A stretch of DNA of 64,000 bases from a virus (IMGVR_UViG_3300031998_000003:1-64000), one strand, 5' to 3'; shown: positions 8,774-19,153, counted from the stretch's first letter. Notes: generated by a model not told the origin, from the letters alone. Translations and numbers: made by a program.

Positions 8774-10597
8774 ATGGAAGTTGAAAAAGGTAAAATCGTC
8801 TCTCGACCACCGAAGCCATTGCATTATTCAAAAGATGCAATGTTATTCGACGTTCGATATTCCAGGAAACCTGAATGTTTTGAAGTTATCTATTGGAATC
8901 CAACGACTCGTCAGCTTGAGGTTGAGTATGAGGAACCCATCATCGACATCTGGTTCTTGAAGAAAGAGGAACGAACCAACGAACGACAGATCGCGGAAGT
9001 TGAAATGGACCGATGCTATCAGTTCTGGTGTAAACCGTCTCAAGTATCAGCAGTCATTGCACAAGAAATCGGTGGTGAGTGGGCTGAATTCTATGAGGCT
9101 AATAAGGACCAGATGTCACGAAATGACATGTCCAAAAAGATGTGTGAATGCCCTTGGGTGTTCGTTGCAGACTTTGATCCGGTCGTACATTTCAGATTGA
9201 GATGGATTGAAGAATATGGTACCAACATTGATCTGACGAAAGTAACTGAGGCCCAACTTGATATTGAGTGTGACGTCATTGACAAACCTGCGAATGCAAG
9301 TGACATCGAGGATTCTTCAAACCCAATCAATGTTGTGTCATTGATATTGGATCATGTCAAGATCTGCGCATTATTTGTGTTGGCGCCACGGCCTAGACAT
9401 AAACTAGACAAGAAGTTCTGGGACTATTTGGATATGCAAACAAAAGAGTTTGACTGGCTAGTCAGTCACCAGGAAGAATTCAAAGAACGAATTCGGAACT
9501 ATGATGAGGACAACATCAAGTATCTGAAAGACTTCGATATTCGGATTCATATCTTCGACTTTGACGATGAGCATAAAATGATCAAGACAGTGTATGATTA
9601 CATCAACAAGTATCGTCCGATGTTCTGTGAATCATGGAATGCGAAATTTGACCATCCAAGATTATGGCATCGACTCGAGTATCTTGGCTATGATGCAAAG
9701 TCTGTTATCATTCCGAGAGCATTCAAGACCGATCAGGTGTATTATAAGGAAGACACATCTGGTACATTCCAGATGAAGAACTCAAAGGATTGGTTCTATA
9801 CCTCAACATATACCGTGTGGATCTGTCAAATGAAACTGTTTGCGGCTATTCGTAAGTCTCAGCAGGAACGTCGTTCATATTCTTTGTCGTCAGTCGGTAA
9901 GGACATGTGTGGAATTGACAAGTTGACTGATACGAAGAGTGGAACATTCCGTACATTTGCATATACAGACTTCTTGAATTTCCTACTATATAACGTCCGT
10001 GATACCGTTGTTCAATATGCAATTGCATTGAAGACGCGTGATGCTCAGACACTCGTATCTCGATCATTCAAGTTCCTGACACCATATCCGAAGTGTTTCC
10101 AGGAGACACATATCGTTCGAAACTCCCGTGAATACTATTATCGCAAATTCTCGAACATTGTACAAGCATGCAAACTGTTGTATGATACAACGATGGATAC
10201 TGCGTTCAAAGGAGCATATGTTGCGCCTCCTGAAAAGAATGCTCCAACTGGATTGGTGTTAAATGGAAAGCGACACAACAACATTATTTATGGATCCTTA
10301 GATGCTGATGCTGCATCATATTATCCTTCTACCAAGATGGGTATGAATATGGATCCGATGACATTAATATATAAACTGCGGATCAATAACGCAGTATTCA
10401 AATCCCATGAAGCATCGAATCGATCGTTAAACCAAAACTATTATTGGTATGATTCAAAGAATCGTCCACATGAGGAAGACATGGCCGGACCGTTGATCAA
10501 CACATTCAAGAATGGAAATGTCTGTTCGTTGATGCATGACTGGTTTGGCCTACCTTCTGTGACAGAATACTTTGACTATCTCGATTCAATGGGATGA
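8774..10597 (+). CDS. Family B DNA polymerase, N-terminal subunit (3'-5' exonuclease plus motif A)
   Basis: ExoI LDIECD, ExoII WNAKFD, ExoIII YNVRD, FKGAYV, motif A DADAASYYPS; lacks motifs B and C. Confidence 0.85.
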   Translation: MEVEKGKIVSRPPKPLHYSKDAMLFDVRYSRKPECFEVIYWNPTTRQLEVEYEEPIIDIWFLKKEERTNERQIAEVEMDRCYQFWCKPSQVSAVIAQEIGGEWAEFYEANKDQMSRNDMSKKMCECPWVFVADFDPVVHFRLRWIEEYGTNIDLTKVTEAQLDIECDVIDKPANASDIEDSSNPINVVSLILDHVKICALFVLAPRPRHKLDKKFWDYLDMQTKEFDWLVSHQEEFKERIRNYDEDNIKYLKDFDIRIHIFDFDDEHKMIKTVYDYINKYRPMFCESWNAKFDHPRLWHRLEYLGYDAKSVIIPRAFKTDQVYYKEDTSGTFQMKNSKDWFYTSTYTVWICQMKLFAAIRKSQQERRSYSLSSVGKDMCGIDKLTDTKSGTFRTFAYTDFLNFLLYNVRDTVVQYAIALKTRDAQTLVSRSFKFLTPYPKCFQETHIVRNSREYYYRKFSNIVQACKLLYDTTMDTAFKGAYVAPPEKNAPTGLVLNGKRHNNIIYGSLDADAASYYPSTKMGMNMDPMTLIYKLRINNAVFKSHEASNRSLNQNYYWYDSKNRPHEEDMAGPLINTFKNGNVCSLMHDWFGLPSVTEYFDYLDSMG

Positions 10598-10608
10598 AAG
10601 GAGTTATA

Positions 10609-12888
10609 ATGGAAGATTATATCGAAAACTATGGTATCATGCCATTGGCTGATACAGCACAGCACTACATGGAATTGTATGGAATCAATATCATTCTGGC
10701 ACGTGCAATTCCGATGTTGACTGATGGATTGAAACCGATTCATCGTAGAATCATCTGGACTATGTATCGCATGAATCGTGATAAGCCGATCAAGGTTGCG
10801 ACTATTGCAGGTGACACGATGAAGTTCTCACCTCACTCGGATCTTGGTACGAGATTCGTTGTTGCTGGATTGTCTCAGCCGTTCTCAAACAATGTTCCAT
10901 TGTTGACGGCGACATCTGGATATGGTACATTGACACATGGTGATGATGTTGCTCAGGTTCGTTATTGGTCAGCTGCAATCTCGAAGTTTGCAATGGAAGT
11001 GTTCTTCTCAGAGTTTGATGGTAAGGTCAACATGAAGGAAAATCATGATGGTACAGCAATGGAACCAATTACATTTCCCGCAAAGTTCCCGGTTATCATG
11101 CTGAATGGCTCGCATGGTATTGCTCTGGGTATGTCATCTGATGTACTTCCGTACAACTTGAACGAAGTTGCGGACGCAACAGTAAAGCTGTTGAAGAATC
11201 CAAAAGCTGATGTCCACCTGATTCCTGATTCCCCGACGGGATGTGACGTAATCAAACGTGATGATCAGACGTTTGTGTTCCAATCTTCATATGAGATTGA
11301 TACTGTGAACTACGTCATCGTGATTAAGAATACGCCTGTTGGTGAATATATCTCGGATATACATAAGAAGCTTTGTGCGATTCAGGACGGTCCTAACCCG
11401 ATCAAAGAACTGCTGTCTGCTGATTATGAGGGTAACAAGCAACTCCTCAAAGAAGGTAAAATTCGGTATGTAATAAGATGCAAACCGTGTAATCTGTATC
11501 AGGTTCTCGAGACTCTGTTCAAACGTGTTCCCGGATTTCGCATCACAGTGTCGACAAAGAATGCGTCAGTCATCGATGCGCATCTTCGGACGCAATACTA
11601 CAATGAGCGTCAGATTCTGTTAGCATGGATCCAGAACAGATTGAGTGAGAAGAGAGCATGGTTCTTACGTCAGCTTGTTGAGAAGACAACCAAGAAGAAC
11701 ATGTTGCTCGGAAAGAAGTTCATGTTGTCTCCTGAGAATCTGAATAAGACCATCAAGATATTCAGAGCATGTGAACATGAATCTGAAATCATTCAGGCAC
11801 TCGTTGATGCTTACAAGGGTAAAGTCACAACATCGCAGGCAAACTATATCTCTGACACAAAGCTTTCGAAATTGACGCATGGCGAATACCTGAAGACCCT
11901 AGCAGAGATCGAGGAACTAAGTGTTGCGATTGATGAGTTGCATGATATTGTGTCTTCACCTGAGAAGATCCGTGATAAGATCATCGAAGAAGTTATGCAG
12001 ATCCGTAAAGACTTTGGGCAAACCCGCAGAAGCAAAGTCTTGAATAATAATCTGGGTGAAGCTGTGAATATCGGCATCTGTCAGATACTAACAGACGGAT
12101 CTATTCTATTCTCCGAGACTGAAAATCCGGATCACTTCTCATCAGATGTATATCCGATATCTGGTGATGAAGTATGTCTGATTGACGAGGCTGGGCGATT
12201 CCTGTGGGTGAATACAAAAAAGGTTCCATACGACAAACCAATGACATTGACATCAATTGGTAAACAGCAGATGGGTAACTGTATTGGTGTTGTGTCGAAT
12301 CGGGAACATCAAATCATTATGCTCACAAACAAGGGTCGTATCAAGTACATGCCGGTTGACCGCATCCCATCGAATGCATCTAGAAAACAGCTGATTCCAA
12401 TCGATTCTGATGAGCATATCGTTTCGATATTGGAAGTTTCTGATAATTCACAAGACCTGTTAATGTATACGAAAGACGGTCTTGGGAAGCGGTTCTCTAT
12501 TAATGATTTGAATCTGGTTATGTCTCCTGACGCACAAGGACAGTTCATTGTCAAGGATTGTCAAGCTTGCGGAATCTTCACTGTAAACTCCTCTAAGCCG
12601 CTGATTTTCTATGTTACACGGCTTGGAAGAGTCCGTGTCAACCAATCGAAGTTCCTGGTCGCTGGAAAGAAGTTTGGTGGTCTGAAACCCATTATCAAAC
12701 TGACACCGCAGGATGATCTTGTTGCAGTATTCTGTGTCGATAAGGACCAATCTGTGACGATGTATCATGCAGATGGTCGTGTATCAACTGTGAACGTCGA
12801 TTCGTTGACTCCAACCACAATGGCTACACCGCCGACGAAACCGAAACATGTTCCCGCAATCAAATTGATCAGGGCGACTGTTTCATGA
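10609..12888 (+). CDS. gyrA: Type IIA topoisomerase subunit A (GyrA/ParC-like) with C-terminal beta-pinwheel-like repeats
   Basis: RAIPMLTDGLKPIHRRI, SPHSD, catalytic QVRY, MEP..FP..FP..LNG..GIA.G, and C-terminal repeats of the LTNKGRIK / YTKDGLGK / VTRLGRVR type. Confidence 0.85.
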   Translation: MEDYIENYGIMPLADTAQHYMELYGINIILARAIPMLTDGLKPIHRRIIWTMYRMNRDKPIKVATIAGDTMKFSPHSDLGTRFVVAGLSQPFSNNVPLLTATSGYGTLTHGDDVAQVRYWSAAISKFAMEVFFSEFDGKVNMKENHDGTAMEPITFPAKFPVIMLNGSHGIALGMSSDVLPYNLNEVADATVKLLKNPKADVHLIPDSPTGCDVIKRDDQTFVFQSSYEIDTVNYVIVIKNTPVGEYISDIHKKLCAIQDGPNPIKELLSADYEGNKQLLKEGKIRYVIRCKPCNLYQVLETLFKRVPGFRITVSTKNASVIDAHLRTQYYNERQILLAWIQNRLSEKRAWFLRQLVEKTTKKNMLLGKKFMLSPENLNKTIKIFRACEHESEIIQALVDAYKGKVTTSQANYISDTKLSKLTHGEYLKTLAEIEELSVAIDELHDIVSSPEKIRDKIIEEVMQIRKDFGQTRRSKVLNNNLGEAVNIGICQILTDGSILFSETENPDHFSSDVYPISGDEVCLIDEAGRFLWVNTKKVPYDKPMTLTSIGKQQMGNCIGVVSNREHQIIMLTNKGRIKYMPVDRIPSNASRKQLIPIDSDEHIVSILEVSDNSQDLLMYTKDGLGKRFSINDLNLVMSPDAQGQFIVKDCQACGIFTVNSSKPLIFYVTRLGRVRVNQSKFLVAGKKFGGLKPIIKLTPQDDLVAVFCVDKDQSVTMYHADGRVSTVNVDSLTPTTMATPPTKPKHVPAIKLIRATVS

Positions 12889-12909
12889 TTGGAGAAAGGA
12901 TGTTCAAAA

Positions 12910-13116
12910 ATGTTCAAGCTCAGGATGTTAAAGCCGGATCAGATTCGTACAAACGAAAAGGGAAAGGAAGTCCTCACAAAAACTGAGGACTTCCAACTGT
13001 ATGCAATACGAAATAATGACGACGAAATTCTCGGCACAATATTATTGACGGATGCGCAGGTACAAATTCTCAATGGTTCTGTAAATAAAGCAGGCATCAA
13101 ATTTACGAAACAATGA
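12910..13116 (+). CDS. Hypothetical protein
   Basis: RBS AAGGA; in operon between gyrA and the helicase. Confidence 0.6.
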   Translation: MFKLRMLKPDQIRTNEKGKEVLTKTEDFQLYAIRNNDDEILGTILLTDAQVQILNGSVNKAGIKFTKQ

Positions 13117-13125
13117 GGTGATAGC

Positions 13126-14655
13126 TTGTTTCAAGTAACAATTCGAGCCACAAGCATTATTGTTACACCCGGCCAAGAGGCATTAACACCATTAGCGCCA
13201 TTACTCCAACTGCATGAATATGAAGATGAGTTTCAGGAAGTGGTTAAAACACTTGGATTCATGTATGATGAGAAGCACGATCGTATATTCCTTCACAAGG
13301 GAATTGACATAAACTATCTGAGAAGATTACTCGGTGAGTGTGAAATCAAATACGATAAGTATCATCCGTATAAGGAAATGAACTTTGAGTTTGAAGAGAT
13401 CTTTCCGCCGAAAAACGATGATCAACGAGACTGTATTGATTTCATCGCTGGTGAGAAAGCACATGCACAAAACATCAATGATTCTCAGATATTCCTAGTA
13501 AAAGAACCTGGATTCGGAAAGACGTTCTGTACAGGTTATGGTATCGGAGTATACGGTTCCAAGGCACTGATCATTATGCACCAAGATACACTACGGTCAC
13601 AGTGGCGAGATTCACTGTATAACATGAATGGATATACATCGCATGACGTTTACGAGCTTACATCATCTGCAGAACTCGAGCAGATTGCAAACGGCAATTT
13701 GAAACTCGATTACGATATATATCTGATGACACATGCAACGTTCCTTGCTGCATGTAACCGCATTCAGGATACAGAAAAGATTGGTATGATCTCCCGGAAT
13801 CTATCGATCGGAATCAAAGTCATTGATGAAGCTCATCTTCATTTCAGAAACACACTCGTGATCGACTTCTTGTTTAACGTGCGACGTAATCTGTATTTAA
13901 CAGCAACAGATGGCCGCTCGTCCAAAGACGAAAACGCTATCTTCAGACATGTATTTTCCAACGCGACATTCTACCGGAAACAAACGGTTGTAGATGATAC
14001 ACACCCATCCAAGTGGGTTGAATATGTGACTGTAAATATTAATACACATGTCAATCCAAATATATACCGGTATCGAATCAATGGCGGTAGAGGAATGTCT
14101 GCGATTACATATGGCAAATGGGTTATCGCAAAAGATAAGCAACAGCGACATTTCAAAGTCTGTCGCGATCTGCTAAAAGAGATCTATGCAAACGTGGCTA
14201 CCGCGAAAGTAATCATATTCTTACCATTGATTGAATTATGTACAGATTGTGCATGTTTCTTGACAATGGAATTGGACAATGATCCAACTTTCGACTACTC
14301 ATTATCAATCAAAACTGTAAACTCTCATAACTCAAAAGCTGAGAATGAGTACAACAAACGTGCTGACGTCATTGTCACGACAATCCAATCAATTGGAACT
14401 GGTCAAGACATCAAGGGTGTTACTGATATCATATGTTGTTCGCCATTTGTATCAAAGATTACATCTAAACAGGTATTCGGCCGTATCAGATATATCAATA
14501 AGCAATGTCACTATTATGACATTATTGACCATTCTGTACCTGCTGACTTATACTGGTGGAAATCTAGATCAAGAACGATGAAGGCTCTAGCAATGAAATA
14601 TGTAAATATCTCATGGGAGGAAGATACCGATGATTCCAGCAAAGCTAACACGTAA
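13126..14655 (+). CDS. Superfamily 2 DExH helicase (UvsW-like)
   Basis: Walker A PGFGKT, DEAH, LTAT, GTGQDI, QVFGRIR; TTG start with RBS GAGGTG. Confidence 0.85.
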   Translation: MFQVTIRATSIIVTPGQEALTPLAPLLQLHEYEDEFQEVVKTLGFMYDEKHDRIFLHKGIDINYLRRLLGECEIKYDKYHPYKEMNFEFEEIFPPKNDDQRDCIDFIAGEKAHAQNINDSQIFLVKEPGFGKTFCTGYGIGVYGSKALIIMHQDTLRSQWRDSLYNMNGYTSHDVYELTSSAELEQIANGNLKLDYDIYLMTHATFLAACNRIQDTEKIGMISRNLSIGIKVIDEAHLHFRNTLVIDFLFNVRRNLYLTATDGRSSKDENAIFRHVFSNATFYRKQTVVDDTHPSKWVEYVTVNINTHVNPNIYRYRINGGRGMSAITYGKWVIAKDKQQRHFKVCRDLLKEIYANVATAKVIIFLPLIELCTDCACFLTMELDNDPTFDYSLSIKTVNSHNSKAENEYNKRADVIVTTIQSIGTGQDIKGVTDIICCSPFVSKITSKQVFGRIRYINKQCHYYDIIDHSVPADLYWWKSRSRTMKALAMKYVNISWEEDTDDSSKANT

Positions 14656-14983
14656 TCTGATCAAGTCATTCAGGCGACTTTTGTTAGCGAGTGTTATGAA
14701 CGAATTAATGATCGCGATAATAGTCCGAAACATCTATAAGCATAATGACAATACAGTTCTCGTTGCTGTAGGCTGTGTCTTGCTGGGTGTTGTGTTTGTC
14801 ATAACCATAATCCCATGGCTCCGTTATATCAATACGGCTGAGAGAGTATTGGATGACAAAATCTCTGAAGAGACATACGAGATAGTGACACTGCTGCGCG
14901 ACAACCAGATCTTCGAGAATACGGAGATCGATTGGAAGAAGGTTTCTGAAGCTGCTGAAAAGCTACAACAAGACAAAAAATGA
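14630..14983 (+). CDS. Small membrane protein
   Basis: RBS GGAGG; two hydrophobic segments. Confidence 0.65.
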   Translation: MIPAKLTRNLIKSFRRLLLASVMNELMIAIIVRNIYKHNDNTVLVAVGCVLLGVVFVITIIPWLRYINTAERVLDDKISEETYEIVTLLRDNQIFENTEIDWKKVSEAAEKLQQDKK

Positions 14984-14987
14984 TATG

Positions 14988-15013
14988 CATGGAGGGGCCA
15001 ACGCCCCTCCATG
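14988..15013. terminator. Intrinsic terminator between convergent genes
   Basis: CATGGAGGGGC-CAAC-GCCCCTCCATG. Confidence 0.8.
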
Positions 15014-15023
15014 TTATTTCATA

Positions 15024-15476
15024 TCAATTTGAATTCGATGTATCAGCGGTGAGATCATCGTCATCGTCATCAAATACATCCGGTGGTGGCATATGCTCCT
15101 GGAACACAATATCAGGATCGTATTCTTTCAATCTTTCTTCAAGCCAGGTTTGATATTTGTGGTTGTCAACGACAATCCAGTTCATCAGCGTCATCAGCTT
15201 CTTGTTGAGTTTGTCAACCTTCCGCTGTAAACGCTTATTTGATTCACGCAGTTCTTCCATATCAGACTTATACATCTCTTGAAGGTGTATCAGCTGATTG
15301 GTCACATACGTCATTTCTTCTTGTTGATTATGAATGATGGTGGTCTTGTTTTTTGCATCAACAGTTTCAGCTTCTGCTTTATATTTCTTCCGTTGGAAGA
15401 TTGTTGTAAGCAGAGTTGAAATACCAGCAGAACCACCACATGCAACAATAATGGTTGCTAAGGTTGCGGCGTCCAT
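15024..15476 (-). CDS. Holin-like / lysis-associated membrane protein with coiled coil
   Basis: N-terminal TM (TIIVACGGSAGISTLLTTIF) followed by RKKYK, a coiled coil and an acidic tail; late-type promoter at 15525-15538. Confidence 0.5.
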   Translation of the reverse strand: MDAATLATIIVACGGSAGISTLLTTIFQRKKYKAEAETVDAKNKTTIIHNQQEEMTYVTNQLIHLQEMYKSDMEELRESNKRLQRKVDKLNKKLMTLMNWIVVDNHKYQTWLEERLKEYDPDIVFQEHMPPPDVFDDDDDDLTADTSNSN

Positions 15477-15524
15477 ATGAATAACCTCATTTCTTTAGAA
15501 TTGGTCTGGTGATATATGTCATCA

Positions 15525-15538
15525 TTACAGATCAGTTT
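15525..15538 (-). promoter_or_regulatory. Late-type promoter AAAC-N7-TAA
   Basis: AAAC TGATCTG TAA. Confidence 0.65.
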
Positions 15539-15617
15539 TGGTTAAAATACAACTGTCCAAAACAGTTAAATACATATTACCTGTAAGAAATACAGGATGA
15601 TTGGAGGATGATAAAGA

Positions 15618-15863
15618 ATGAAAAAGGGCGTTAAGTTAATGGAAGTTCTCATTGAGAACGGAAAGGTTACCGGCTTCGGTGTATCCAAAAGCGGTGATGT
15701 TGTTGACTTCCCTCTTACACATTCACAACGGGCTGTATTCACCAAGTATTATAAAACACCGAAGTTCCAAGCAATGATTCAACGTGAGTTTGGTTCAAAC
15801 ATTCTCGCAGATGGATTCTTTGTCACAAACAAAGATGAAATAATATCCTTCCGAGAAAAGTAA
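15618..15863 (+). CDS. Hypothetical protein (early-type)
   Basis: RBS GGAGG; promoter-like ACATATTAC at 15572; terminator follows. Confidence 0.6.
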   Translation: MKKGVKLMEVLIENGKVTGFGVSKSGDVVDFPLTHSQRAVFTKYYKTPKFQAMIQREFGSNILADGFFVTNKDEIISFREK

Positions 15864-15869
15864 TCGAAG

Positions 15870-15892
15870 CGAGGGGGCTCAAGGCCCCCTCG
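15870..15892. terminator. Intrinsic terminator
   Basis: CGAGGGGGC-TCAAG-GCCCCCTCG between convergent genes. Confidence 0.8.
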
Positions 15893-15898
15893 ATCTTC

Positions 15899-16270
15899 TT
15901 ATGTGTCTGCTTCATCGGAGTCGTCGAGTTCAACGTCTGTTTCATCAACCTCGACGTCTTCATCTGACAGCTCTTCATCTTCGGATGGATCGATGTCATC
16001 GTACTCTTTCTTAGAGAGTTGCTTGTAAACTTGATGACAACCCGTCGATGCAGCGCCGGCGGACAAGCCGATGAAAATGGCCTCTACAAGATTATTGCCC
16101 ATTGTAACGTTCGGTGTAAAGTATCCAATGATACCGAGAGCAACACCATACACCAATGAGAAAATCGGGATCAGACGATTAATCTTGTATCCGAAAGTTT
16201 TTGCGATCATTTTTGTGACTTCGTTCAAAGCCGCGACGAACGCAGAGATGGTTACGATAGAAAACTCCAT
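15899..16270 (-). CDS. Phage holin
   Basis: Three TM segments; RLIPIFSLVYGVALG and GLSAGAASTGCHQVYKQL resemble Gram-positive phage holins; acidic tail; start MEFSIV with RBS GGAG. Confidence 0.75.
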   Translation of the reverse strand: MEFSIVTISAFVAALNEVTKMIAKTFGYKINRLIPIFSLVYGVALGIIGYFTPNVTMGNNLVEAIFIGLSAGAASTGCHQVYKQLSKKEYDDIDPSEDEELSDEDVEVDETDVELDDSDEADT

Positions 16271-16359
16271 TTTATCAACTCCCTGTGCATATATAATTAA
16301 TATGAATACTGGGTAGCGATCCAACATTCCAGTATTAATATTTCGTGAGGAGGATCTTT

Positions 16360-16545
16360 ATGGGACAGAGAAACAACCCCAACCTGCTGGCGCATATTAA
16401 TAAAGCCGTCGCCAACAGAGAACATCCGCAAAGAATCCGGGTGTACGGACAGAATCAGATCGGAAAGATCATCGACGGAAAACCGATGGATGATCTGAAA
16501 GATATCCCTAATCAATTCAAGGAGGAAAACAGTAATGGCAAATGA
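16360..16545 (+). CDS. Hypothetical protein
   Basis: RBS GGAGGA; early-like ATATATAATT at 16289-16298. Confidence 0.55.
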   Translation: MGQRNNPNLLAHINKAVANREHPQRIRVYGQNQIGKIIDGKPMDDLKDIPNQFKEENSNGK

Positions 16546-17092
16546 ACCCAATATCGATGTCACTGAAGAACGTGATGTCACCGAAGCAACGATTGAGCAT
16601 GAGCTCGAGAATGCGGATCCTGTGGTTGAGACGAGTGTTCCGACACAAGCATCTCCGCTTGAGGAGTTTATGTCCGACGAAGAGGTCTTGTTCCACTCGA
16701 TGGACAATCAGGTGTATAGTGCACCGAAGAAATGGTTTGACTGGGATGCAACATCCAGTGATGAGAACATGCAGAATTTACAGAACAACGCGTACATTGT
16801 TCGTCACTTCATGCGTGAGCTTCTGAGTCGTGATAACAATGATGAAGGCAAACAGGAAATCATTGATGCGACGATGAATGTTGTTGTCCCGATCATGTCC
16901 AAGTTCGGTTATGAACCGAAATTCAATGAGGTATTTCCTGATGCAGATGCCGGCACAATTGCACTGCTGTGGTGCATTGATACGCTGGAATTCCTGAACA
17001 AGATCATGTTCGCATGTGCTCTTCATATGGAGCTCAAACCCTATAAAACAACAACAGATACTGAGGAGGAATCTACAAATGAAGTACATTGA
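16535..17092 (+). CDS. Hypothetical acidic protein
   Basis: RBS AGGAGG; in operon. Confidence 0.7.
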   Translation: MANEPNIDVTEERDVTEATIEHELENADPVVETSVPTQASPLEEFMSDEEVLFHSMDNQVYSAPKKWFDWDATSSDENMQNLQNNAYIVRHFMRELLSRDNNDEGKQEIIDATMNVVVPIMSKFGYEPKFNEVFPDADAGTIALLWCIDTLEFLNKIMFACALHMELKPYKTTTDTEEESTNEVH

Positions 17093-17900
17093 TATCACAA
17101 CCCTTGACAAGGCTACAACCGAGCTTGATGACAATCTCCAGAAGTTCGGTGACTTCATGGCTATTGGCGAAGAGCCGACTGAAGACAATCAAACCTGCAC
17201 GGCATTTTATCTGCTGCCACACCAGGACAAAATCTACAAAGTCCGGGTGCAGTTCGATAAGCCTTATTCCAAGATGTCTGCGGTATTTGACGACATTCTC
17301 CGCGATGCTCTGTCTGAGAATGATGTCGAAGGTATGATTGACGGCGATCCGGAGTTCATCAAGGTGCTGCACATCGTTGCGGCACAGCTTGCAGTGAATG
17401 ATATCAACATCACTGCGAACGATCCGTCTCGCATCACATTCCTGATGGTGTCTGGTGAGACATTCTTTGCTGACAGAAAAGAAATCGACTGGGAAGCGAA
17501 CTTCAAAGATCTGGACAAGATGTCTGCTGGAACGGCTCAGATCAAGAACGCGATCTATTTGTTGGCTACATGGACCGGCGAAGAATTCGAGAAGAACAAG
17601 GAACCGATGATGAAATTCATCGAAAACTTCTATGAATCTCGCAAGATTACCCCGAACTATGATTATCTCGAGGGTCTTGATGAGCGTCAAGCATTGACAA
17701 TCAAGTTGGTTGATATGCTGTCAACCATCTATGAGATGCTTTGCGTGACTATCGATCAGCGGGCTATGATGTTCCTTCAGCAGGCGATGACGCAGTCACA
17801 TAATGAAATGATTCAGCCTGCAAATGCCGATGACGCAGTTCCGATGGATCCTGCTGATGTCGAACAGATTGATCCCGAGCCGACAACATCCGAAGAATGA
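17079..17900 (+). CDS. Hypothetical protein
   Basis: RBS GAGGAGG then ATG 17079. Confidence 0.7.
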   Translation: MKYIDITTLDKATTELDDNLQKFGDFMAIGEEPTEDNQTCTAFYLLPHQDKIYKVRVQFDKPYSKMSAVFDDILRDALSENDVEGMIDGDPEFIKVLHIVAAQLAVNDINITANDPSRITFLMVSGETFFADRKEIDWEANFKDLDKMSAGTAQIKNAIYLLATWTGEEFEKNKEPMMKFIENFYESRKITPNYDYLEGLDERQALTIKLVDMLSTIYEMLCVTIDQRAMMFLQQAMTQSHNEMIQPANADDAVPMDPADVEQIDPEPTTSEE

Positions 17901-17915
17901 AAGTAGGTGACAGAA

Positions 17916-18077
17916 ATGTCACGACTTGCAGTAGCATTACTCATGACATGTACAATTGGATTCATTTGCTGCAAAGTGATCGATTATTTCGATTCGCGTA
18001 AAGAGAAACGTTTACGCGAATCAGAGATGATGCGACACGCCGCAATGTGTCCTGATTATGTCGAAAAGAAATCTTAA
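17916..18077 (+). CDS. Small membrane protein (53 aa)
   Basis: RBS AGGTG; MSRLAVALLMTCTIGFICCKVIDYF...; below the ORF-track cutoff. Confidence 0.55.
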   Translation: MSRLAVALLMTCTIGFICCKVIDYFDSRKEKRLRESEMMRHAAMCPDYVEKKS

Positions 18078-18078
18078 G

Positions 18079-18107
18079 AACGGTGGGGTCCGAAAGGACC
18101 CCTCGTT
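18079..18107 (+). terminator. Intrinsic terminator
   Basis: GGGGTCC-GAAA-GGACCCC followed by a T-rich tract. Confidence 0.8.
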
Positions 18108-18133
18108 TATTTTATTATGAAAGGAAAGTTAAA

Positions 18134-19153
18134 ATGAGCCTTCTTGTTACACACATAGATGATGATGGTAAAGCATCAGCAGCCATCGCGTTGAGAGAAA
18201 TGTTTCCCTTTGATGTCAGACCAGAAGCAGCTGACATCGTCTACTATAACTATTGGCATACACCGATTGCACCTGATCATGAATTCCATGAGCATGAAAA
18301 AGTGGTTATCGTGGATCTGTCTCTTGACGATTGGGTCTTCAATCTGATTAAGCGTGCTGTTGAAGCAGGTTGCCAAGTCGTTCATGTTGATCATCATGTG
18401 ACAACACAAGAGTATATCAACGCGATGACACCGGATGACAAAGCTATATATGATAAGGTGTATGCAGTGTATCATACGAAGTTCAGTGCAACAATGTTGT
18501 GTTGGATCTGGTCATGTGCACATCAGGACGAACGCGATTCCATCAAAGATACAATTGTGAACATTATCGATTTCTCCGAAGACTGGAAGCTTCTCGTGTT
18601 CTATCCTGGTCAAGGTGAAAAAGAGCGCATATATAAGATTCCGGATGTTGTTCGTTATGTTGACGACTGGGATATTTGGCGATTCGACATTCAGCAAACT
18701 AAAGCGTTCCATTACGGCTTCAACACGGAACTTGAAAAGAATCCGGATGCCAAGCTCTGGGATGAGCTGATATACAACTACAATGCCCCTATCATAGTCC
18801 AGAAGAAATATCTTGAACCTGGTCAGGCGATCGAAAAGAATCTGGAATCGGAATATGCAATTTTGCGGAAGATGGCTTTTGAAACAATGATTCCGCTTCC
18901 GAGATTCGAAGCAATCAGCTGCATTGCAATCAACGGTATATCAAATTCGTTTGCATTCGGTGATCTGCTGAATACATATGATGTCGCAGTGCTGTTCCAT
19001 TATGATGGACCGCAAGGCAACTGGAAGTATTCTATCTACTCCAGGAATACACCGGATGGCATTGACGTCTCTAAGATTGCTGAAGCATTTGACGGTGGTG
19101 GACATCCACATGCTGCAGGCTTCAGAACAAAAAAGAATATATTCGATATATAA
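18134..19153 (+). CDS. DHH/DHHA1 family phosphoesterase
   Basis: HIDDDG, VDLS, VDHH, DDWD, GGGHPHAAGF motifs. Confidence 0.88.
   Translation: MSLLVTHIDDDGKASAAIALREMFPFDVRPEAADIVYYNYWHTPIAPDHEFHEHEKVVIVDLSLDDWVFNLIKRAVEAGCQVVHVDHHVTTQEYINAMTPDDKAIYDKVYAVYHTKFSATMLCWIWSCAHQDERDSIKDTIVNIIDFSEDWKLLVFYPGQGEKERIYKIPDVVRYVDDWDIWRFDIQQTKAFHYGFNTELEKNPDAKLWDELIYNYNAPIIVQKKYLEPGQAIEKNLESEYAILRKMAFETMIPLPRFEAISCIAINGISNSFAFGDLLNTYDVAVLFHYDGPQGNWKYSIYSRNTPDGIDVSKIAEAFDGGGHPHAAGFRTKKNIFDI

Noticed and set aside
10400-10597. Split intein joining the two DNA polymerase halves
   Set aside because: No intein block A/B at the end of the N-half and no block F/G (HN/GN plus C/S/T) near the start of the C-half.
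8774-10597. QE dipeptides in the DNA polymerase as cleavage sites
   Set aside because: Few, mostly lacking the hydrophobic-Q-E-small pattern and not at domain boundaries; treated as background, and a caution that single QE hits are weak evidence.
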